Assembly: GCA_041639855.1 (NCBI GenBank) | Contig: JBEQBK010000001.1 | Coordinates: forward strand, 1 to 39,548 | Source: Halobacteriaceae archaeon | Lineage (GTDB): Archaea > Halobacteriota > Halobacteria > Halobacteriales > Halobacteriaceae | Direction of reading: 5' to 3' | Length of the DNA stretch: 39,548 nucleotides | Part shown: in pieces, positions 34,011 through 39,548 of the stretch | Position numbering within the stretch: the stretch's first letter is position 1 | Layout: every line of letters begins with the position of its first letter | Notes under the pieces: model-generated | What the model was told of the DNA's origin: nothing | Databases searched by the model: none | The model's input: only the letters and a program-made list of their open reading frames with translations | Translations under genes and position numbers: made by a program

Positions 34011-35054
34011 ATGCACGGCCTCGCGAAGACCGTCCGGTCAAAGGGTGGTATGGAACTCGTCGAACGGGAGAAACCCGACATCGAAGCCGACGAGTGTTTG
34101 ATCGAAGTCGACTACGCCGGTCTCTGTGGCAGCGACGCCGGCATCTACGAGTTCGAGTCCGCCTTCGAGCGGATGAACCTCCCGACGGTCATCGGCCACG
34201 AGTACGCTGGCCGCGTCGTGGAGGCGGGCGCGAACGTGAGCAAGTTCGCGGTCGGCGACCGCGTCGTCGAACGGCCCATCCGCGGCTGTGGCGACTGCTA
34301 CCAGTGCGAAATCGGCGAGGAGAACGTCTGCCAGAACTCCGTCATCACGGGCGTGGACCACGACGGCGCCTACGAGCAGTTCATCGCCGTCCCCGAGCGC
34401 GCGCTCCACCCCGTTCCCGAGGGCGTCTCGCAGAAACACGCCGCGACCGTCGAGCCCACGAGCATCGGCGCGCGGGCCGTCATCGAGAACTCCCGCGTCG
34501 GACCCGGCGACCGCGTGCTCGTCGAAGGGCCGGGCCCCATCGGCCTGCTCACCGCGCAGATCGCCGACGCCCAGGGCGGCGAGGTCGTCGTCTCCGGCGT
34601 GGGTCCGGACGCCGACTACCGCCTCCCGCTCGCGGAGGAACTCGGCTTCGAGGCCGTCAACATCGCCGCCGACGACATGGACGCTGTCACCGAGGAGCGC
34701 ACCGACGGCATCGGCTACGACGTGGTCTTCGACACGACGGGCCATCCCTCCGGGCTCCCCTCGGCCGTGGACCAGGTCCGCAAGGGCGGCCAAATCGTCC
34801 TCGTGGGCCAGACCGGCGAAACGACGATGGAGTACTCCCCGCTCGTCCGCTCGGAGATCGACCTGCAGTGCTCCTACGCCTCGATGTACCAGGACTTCGA
34901 GCGCGCGCTCCGGATGATAAACTCCGGGGACGTGGACAGCGAGACGTTCATCGACGACCGCTTCTCGCTGACCGACGCCGACGAGGCCTTCGAGGCGTTC
35001 GTCGCCGGCGAGACGGTCAAACCCGTCTTCGACGTCACCGAGCTGTACGACTGA
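34011..35054 (+). CDS. zinc-binding medium-chain dehydrogenase (sorbitol/threonine dehydrogenase-like)
   Basis: 347 aa. Motifs: CGSD, GHEYAGRVVEAG, structural-zinc cysteines CGDCYQCEIGEENVC, VEGPGPIGLL. Confidence 0.88.
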   Translation: MHGLAKTVRSKGGMELVEREKPDIEADECLIEVDYAGLCGSDAGIYEFESAFERMNLPTVIGHEYAGRVVEAGANVSKFAVGDRVVERPIRGCGDCYQCEIGEENVCQNSVITGVDHDGAYEQFIAVPERALHPVPEGVSQKHAATVEPTSIGARAVIENSRVGPGDRVLVEGPGPIGLLTAQIADAQGGEVVVSGVGPDADYRLPLAEELGFEAVNIAADDMDAVTEERTDGIGYDVVFDTTGHPSGLPSAVDQVRKGGQIVLVGQTGETTMEYSPLVRSEIDLQCSYASMYQDFERALRMINSGDVDSETFIDDRFSLTDADEAFEAFVAGETVKPVFDVTELYD

Positions 35055-35093
35055 CTCCCGAACGCTCATTCCGATGCCGCCCGTCGTTGGGAT

Positions 35094-35774
35094 ATGACGG
35101 AACTCGCCGCGGGGGTCAACGCCATCGAGTGCTCCGGGGTCAACGCCTACCTCGTCGACGACGACGTACCCACGCTCGTCGACGCGGGCACGCCGTTCGA
35201 CGAGAAGGCAGTTCGGGCGGGCATCGCGGCGGCGGGCGTCGCCCTCGAAGACGTCGAGCGTGTTCTGCTCACCCACTACGACGTGGACCACGTCGGGACG
35301 CTCGCGGCGCTCGCGCCCGAGTTGAACGCGACGGTCCGCGTGGGTGCGTTCGACGCCGACCTCCTGACCGGCCGGCGAAAACCTCCTCTCAGGAACCACA
35401 AGGGCTTCATCCAGCGCGTCGCGGGGTTGTTGGTCACGACGCCCGCCCTCGAAGTCCGTCCGGTGGCGGACGGCGAGCGGGTCGGCTCCTTCGAGGCCTA
35501 TCATACGCCGGGTCACACGCCCGGCCACGTCGCCTACGTCAGCGCCGAGTTGGAAACGGCGATGCTCGGGGACCTCGTCACCGAGTCCGACGGCGAACTG
35601 ACGCCCTCGCCGTGGGTGATGAGCTACGACTCCGAGGCGGTCGAGGAGAGCGTCGTCGACCTCGCCGCCCGGGCGCCGGCCTTCGAAGTCGCGGGGATGG
35701 GTCACGGCGACCCACTCCGCGTGGGTGGGGCTGACGCGCTTCGGGCGCTTGCCGACCGTCTCGCGGACAACTGA
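35094..35774 (+). CDS. MBL-fold metallo-hydrolase (candidate sugar lactonase)
   Basis: 226 aa. Motifs: LTHYDVDHVG (HxDxDH variant), YHTPGHTPGHV, GMGHGDP. The lactonase idea comes from context only. Confidence 0.8.
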   Translation: MTELAAGVNAIECSGVNAYLVDDDVPTLVDAGTPFDEKAVRAGIAAAGVALEDVERVLLTHYDVDHVGTLAALAPELNATVRVGAFDADLLTGRRKPPLRNHKGFIQRVAGLLVTTPALEVRPVADGERVGSFEAYHTPGHTPGHVAYVSAELETAMLGDLVTESDGELTPSPWVMSYDSEAVEESVVDLAARAPAFEVAGMGHGDPLRVGGADALRALADRLADN

Positions 35775-35801
35775 TTTGTTCGGAGCCGTCCAAGAGGGGA
35801 T

Positions 35802-36893
35802 GTGACCCTCTACGACGCCGTCGCGGACCTTCCTCTCCGAATCGAATCGCTTTCGTTGCGCCGGCGCACCCGCGATACGTCTTCGGGCTTCGAGCGCGTG
35901 AGCACGACGTTCCGCCTGCGCGGCGCGGGCGAACTCGGCCGCGGCGAGGACGTCACCTACGACGCGCCGGACCACGACGCCCTGTTCGCGACCCCCGAAT
36001 CGGACCCGAAAACGCCCGCGGAGGGGTTGGGGTTCGAGGACAGTTTCACCGGCCGATGGACGTTCGGCGAGTTCTCCGACGCGCTCGAAACTATCGAGCT
36101 CTTCCCGACGGGCGACCCGGAGCGGAAGACCGGCTACCCCTACCGTCGGTGGGCGGTCGAGTCGGCGGCCCTCGATTTGGCGCTCCGGCAGGCGGACACC
36201 GACTTCGCCGAGCGGCTCGGCCGCGAGCCCGAGCCCGTCACGTTCGCGGCGTCGGCGCGCCTCGGCGGCGAGGACGAGGAACCGAGCGCTGACAGGGTCC
36301 ACGAACTGGTCGAGCGCGTCCCGGCCATCGAGTTCAAACTCGACCCGACCGACGAGTGGACCGACGAACTCGCCGAATCGCTCCCGAAAGAGCGCGTTCG
36401 CGTGCTCGACCTGAAGGGCCTCTACGAGGGCACGGACGTGGACAACGAGGCCGACCCCGACTTCTACCGGTGGGTCCGGGACTCGTTCCCGAACGCGCTC
36501 ATCGAGGATCCCGAACTGAACGACGAGACCCGCGAGATATTCGCCGGCGAGGAGGGAAGACTCTCGTGGGATTACCCCGTTACGGGCGTCGAATCCGTCG
36601 AGAGCCTCCCCGTCGAGCCCGAGTGGCTGAACGTCAAACCATCCCGTTTCGGCACCGTACAATCGCTCTCCGATACGCTGGAGTGGGCCGCCGAACACGA
36701 CGTCTCGCTCTACAGCGGCGGCCAGTTCGAGCTCGGCGTCGGGCGCGAACACCTCCACGCGCTCGCCGCGCTGTTCTATCCGGAGGGTCCGAACGATGCG
36801 GCGCCCGTCGCGTTCAACGACCCCGAGCTGGAGGGTCGTTTGCCGGCCACGCCGCTGGCGCCCTCGCCCGCGCCGCGCGGCTTCGAGTTCTGA
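35802..36893 (+). CDS. divergent enolase-superfamily-like protein (MLE/OSBS-subgroup-like barrel), function unknown
   Basis: GTG start at 35802, 363 aa. RRWAVESAALDLALRQ, IEFKLDP, ALIEDPE, LNVKPSRFGTV and LYSGGQFELGVGREHLHALAALF follow the order of the conserved barrel motifs of MLE-type enzymes. Recognised by eye only. Confidence 0.55.
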   Translation: MTLYDAVADLPLRIESLSLRRRTRDTSSGFERVSTTFRLRGAGELGRGEDVTYDAPDHDALFATPESDPKTPAEGLGFEDSFTGRWTFGEFSDALETIELFPTGDPERKTGYPYRRWAVESAALDLALRQADTDFAERLGREPEPVTFAASARLGGEDEEPSADRVHELVERVPAIEFKLDPTDEWTDELAESLPKERVRVLDLKGLYEGTDVDNEADPDFYRWVRDSFPNALIEDPELNDETREIFAGEEGRLSWDYPVTGVESVESLPVEPEWLNVKPSRFGTVQSLSDTLEWAAEHDVSLYSGGQFELGVGREHLHALAALFYPEGPNDAAPVAFNDPELEGRLPATPLAPSPAPRGFEF

Positions 36894-36990
36894 TTCTTTG
36901 TACTGCCTGCCCAGTCAGTATTACTGAACAGTCAAACTGACTCGGGGCGAAGACTGTATCCTTTTTCATCCGCCCGCTCGCACCTCCGGT

Positions 36991-37638
36991 ATGAACAAAC
37001 ACGACGTGCGCGAGCGCATCGTCGAGAGCGGCGTGACGGCGGTCCTACGCGGCATCGACGAGGACGACATCGTGCCGGTCGCCGAGGCGATTCACGAGGG
37101 CGGCGTGACGGCCCTCGAAGTCACCGCGGACGCGAAGCGGTGTTCGGAGATGATCGCCGCCGTGGACCGCGCGATGGAGGGGAGCGACGCGGTGGTTGGC
37201 GCCGGCACCGTGATGGACGCCGCCGCCGCGCGCAACGTCATCGAGGCCGGCGCGCAGTTCGTCCTCGCGCCCAATCTCAACGAGGAGGTCATCGAGGTCT
37301 GCAACCGCGAGGGGGTTCTCGTCATCCCCGGTGTGATGACGCCCACGGAGGCCGCCGACGCGATGGAGGCCGGCGCGGACCTCCTGAAGATGTTCCCCGC
37401 CTCGACCGTGGGACCGGGTCACATCGGCGCGCTGCAGGGCCCGCTTGGCGACGTGCCCATCATGCCCACTGGGGGTGTTTCGGCCGAGAACGTCGGCGAC
37501 TACTTCGACGCCGGCGCCGTCGCCGTGGGCGCAGGCTCGGCGCTCGTGGACTACGACGCCATCGAGCGCGAGGACTGGGAGGGTGTTCGCGAGTCGGCGG
37601 CGGCGTTCGTCGAGGCTATCGAGGACGCGCGGAACTGA
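36991..37638 (+). CDS. eda: KDPG/KHG aldolase (Eda family)
   Basis: 215 aa. Motifs: VTAVLRG, GVTALEVT, VGAGTV, IPGVMTPTE, and LLKMFPAS (Schiff-base Lys context). Confidence 0.88.
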   Translation: MNKHDVRERIVESGVTAVLRGIDEDDIVPVAEAIHEGGVTALEVTADAKRCSEMIAAVDRAMEGSDAVVGAGTVMDAAAARNVIEAGAQFVLAPNLNEEVIEVCNREGVLVIPGVMTPTEAADAMEAGADLLKMFPASTVGPGHIGALQGPLGDVPIMPTGGVSAENVGDYFDAGAVAVGAGSALVDYDAIEREDWEGVRESAAAFVEAIEDARN

Positions 37639-37709
37639 GGACCGCGCGAACGAGCGGGAATCTGTGGAACTAACGGTCGCGGGGACGAGCGACCGTTTGT
37701 GAACCTGTC

Positions 37710-38174
37710 TCAGAGGAGGTTGTTCTCCCGCACGTACTCCTCGGTGAGCGACGGAACGCGCGCCAACAGCGACAGCAACTCCGAATCCGTGCCCGCCTCG
37801 TTGTGGCCGCCGCGGAAGAGGAAGTTCCCGTGGCGGAGGAAGTAGACGGCGCGCCCGGTCCCCCCGCTTTCCGCCAGCTGTGCTTCGATTTCCTCGGCGT
37901 CCGCCACCGACGCGAAGCGATAGACGGCGACGGTGTATCCCGCCTCCCGGTCGGGCGTGTACGTCCCCATAATTGCCGTTTCGATACCGGAGTCCGAACG
38001 GAACCCGCCACCGACCTCCCGGGTGCCCGTTCGCTCCCAGCCGTCGGGGGGAGACGGGAGCAGTTCCGTCACCGCGGCGTCCTCGTCCGGCGGGGAAGGC
38101 CCGCCGCCGAGACAGCCGGCGAGTGTCAGGGGGAGCGCCGCTGCGCTTGCACGAAGGAACGTTCGCCGCTGCAT
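37710..38174 (-). CDS. hypothetical Tat-secreted lipoprotein
   Basis: In-frame part of track ORF 37710..38243; ATG 38174. MQRRTFLRASAAALPLTLAGCLGGG has a Tat motif and a lipobox. Confidence 0.7.
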   Translation of the reverse strand: MQRRTFLRASAAALPLTLAGCLGGGPSPPDEDAAVTELLPSPPDGWERTGTREVGGGFRSDSGIETAIMGTYTPDREAGYTVAVYRFASVADAEEIEAQLAESGGTGRAVYFLRHGNFLFRGGHNEAGTDSELLSLLARVPSLTEEYVRENNLL

Positions 38175-38283
38175 GCCTGACCTATGTGAGCCTGGCTGAA
38201 AAAACGCCCTCCCGGGCGCGTCGGTCGTCTCCACCGTTTCCACGAAGGCCAGCGTTTAATCCCCGCCCCGCGCAGAGCCCTCT

Positions 38284-39537
38284 ATGTCGGTTGCCGGCCT
38301 TCGTGACAGTTTGGACTCCGTCTCCCGGGAGACGGCGCTCGTCGTCGGCCTCATCGGCGGATCGCAGTTCTTCAACCACGCGTATCTGGTTCTCCTGCCT
38401 CCCATTTTCACCATCCTCTCGGGGGAGTTTCAGACCACTATCGCCGTACTCGGCACGGTCATGGGTGCACAGGCGCTCGCGAACACCGTCGTCCACCTCC
38501 CCTTCGGCTACCTCGCCGACCACTACGACAGAACCATCGCGCTGGGGCTCTCCTCGGTGTTCGGCGGGCTCGGCGCGTTCGGGACAGCGTTCGCGACGAC
38601 CGTGCCCGAGTTGTTCCTCGCGCAAGTGATTCTGGGCATCGGCGTCGGCGGCCACCACCCCTCGCACTACCCGCTTCTCACCGACGCGACCGAAGAAGAC
38701 GTCCGCGGGCGGGCCTTCGGCGTCTACAACTTCGCCGGGAGTCTCGGCTTCGCTACCCCGCCCGTCGTCGTCACTGGCGTCATCGCGCTTCAGGGCTACT
38801 CCTGGCGCCACGCGGTCGGCGTCATCGGTGTGCTCGGCCTGCTGTACGCGGTCGTCAGCACCGCGCTCGTCCGCTGGCGCGTGAGCGACGCCGTCACCGG
38901 GCCGAACGTCGAATCCACGACAAAGGAGACGACGCTCGTCGAGCGCGTCCGCTCGGAACTCCGGGCGCTCGTCGCCTCTCCCGGGATTCTGGCGCTGGCC
39001 GTTCTCGCGCTGTTCTCCTCGACGGCGAACTGGGGCGTCACCTCCTACGTCGTCGTCTTCCTTACCTCCGATGTGTACGGCACCTCTCTGGGGGTGGCAA
39101 ACCTCACGCTCACGGGTATCTACGTCGTCGGTGCCGGCGCCATCCTGCTCGGGGGCTATCTCACCGACCGCTCCGGAGGCGGCACCGTGCTCGTCGCCAG
39201 CTTCGTCAGCTTCACGGTTATCGTCGCGTTCATCGCGGCCGGTGTCGTCCCCGCGCTCGGTGCCGTCGCGCTGTTCCTCCTGCTCGGCGCGACCAGAAGC
39301 ATGGCCGGCCCCGCGCGGGACCACCTCACCGGTGAACTCGCTGCCGGCGGTACGACGGCGAAGAGCTTCGCCGTCGTCTCCATCGGTATCATGCTCGGGA
39401 GCGCCGTCGCGCCGCCCGCCTTCGGCTACCTCATCGAGAGCTTCGGCGTGCAGGCCGCCTTCTACGCCGTGGCGGCGGTCGGGCTGGCGACGACGCTCGT
39501 GACGTTGCTGGTCGTGGGGGCGTACGCCGACGAGTGA
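38284..39537 (+). CDS. MFS transporter
   Basis: 417 aa, about 12 hydrophobic segments, MFS motif A-like GYLADHYDRTIALG. Confidence 0.85.
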   Translation: MSVAGLRDSLDSVSRETALVVGLIGGSQFFNHAYLVLLPPIFTILSGEFQTTIAVLGTVMGAQALANTVVHLPFGYLADHYDRTIALGLSSVFGGLGAFGTAFATTVPELFLAQVILGIGVGGHHPSHYPLLTDATEEDVRGRAFGVYNFAGSLGFATPPVVVTGVIALQGYSWRHAVGVIGVLGLLYAVVSTALVRWRVSDAVTGPNVESTTKETTLVERVRSELRALVASPGILALAVLALFSSTANWGVTSYVVVFLTSDVYGTSLGVANLTLTGIYVVGAGAILLGGYLTDRSGGGTVLVASFVSFTVIVAFIAAGVVPALGAVALFLLLGATRSMAGPARDHLTGELAAGGTTAKSFAVVSIGIMLGSAVAPPAFGYLIESFGVQAAFYAVAAVGLATTLVTLLVVGAYADE

Positions 39538-39548
39538 GGGTCCCGTAA

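Noticed and set aside
33080-36758. Two giant overlapping ORFs (33080..35734 +, 884 aa; 34038..36758 -, 906 aa)
   Set aside because: Both are extremely Arg/Gly/Pro/Asp-rich and run across four well-supported genes in other frames or on the other strand. They are typical high-GC open shadow frames.
1-39548. Search for tRNA, rRNA, RNase P/SRP RNA, CRISPR, transposase/integrase or prophage genes
   Set aside because: By eye, none of the intergenic regions shows a tRNA-like T-arm or acceptor pattern or rRNA-like sequence, and no ORF has transposase, integrase or Cas motifs. A tRNAscan/Infernal run would be needed to exclude small RNAs formally.

Overview
GC-rich DNA, roughly two-thirds G+C by eye (not computed). 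The proteins are acidic, transcripts look leaderless behind TATA boxes, and there are Tat/lipobox and PGF-CTERM signals. All of this points to a haloarchaeon (class Halobacteria), probably a secondary replicon or accessory chromosomal region. I support 35 protein-coding genes and found no rRNA, tRNA, CRISPR array, transposase or integrase. Most very long ORFs in the track are GC-driven shadow frames opposite real genes.

Modules, left to right:
- (1) 1..17026: an arabinan/arabino-oligosaccharide plus L-arabinose utilisation island. It has two divergent paralogous Tat-lipoprotein ABC binding proteins, three GH51-type alpha-L-arabinofuranosidases (one secreted with a PGF-CTERM anchor) and a GH127/DUF1680-type beta-L-arabinofuranosidase. 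It also has an IclR regulator, an extended-SDR dehydrogenase, an enolase-superfamily dehydratase and two FAH-family enzymes, one of them KdaD/XacE-like.
- (2) 17090..19439: a replication origin. An orc1/cdc6 gene is bracketed by eleven copies of a 21-bp ORB-like repeat (gaattgcggacacggtggtgt) and two AT-rich blocks. One copy lies inside the orc1 coding sequence.
- (3) 19463..25438: a cytochrome P450, three small PRC-barrel-like paralogues, an enolase-superfamily gene, a TraB-like ORF and an HTH_10 regulator.
- (4) 25962..33104: a 3-hydroxyacyl-CoA dehydrogenase, a TbADH-type secondary alcohol dehydrogenase, two tiny divergent genes, an NSS transporter, and an ABC-2 exporter operon with a 3' translationally coupled TetR gene.
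- (5) 33158..39537: a second sugar-acid-type cluster with an SDR, a Zn-MDR dehydrogenase, an MBL hydrolase, a divergent enolase-like protein, an Eda-type aldolase, a lipoprotein and an MFS transporter.

The most interesting non-genic signals are these:
- A TCCGG-N5-CCGGA palindrome recurs at promoters of the arabinose island.
- The paired ORBs are spaced 36, 47 and 58 bp apart, in steps of 11 bp.
- The intragenic ORB lies within an apparent insertion in orc1.

All functional calls rest on motif and family recognition by eye. No database search was possible.
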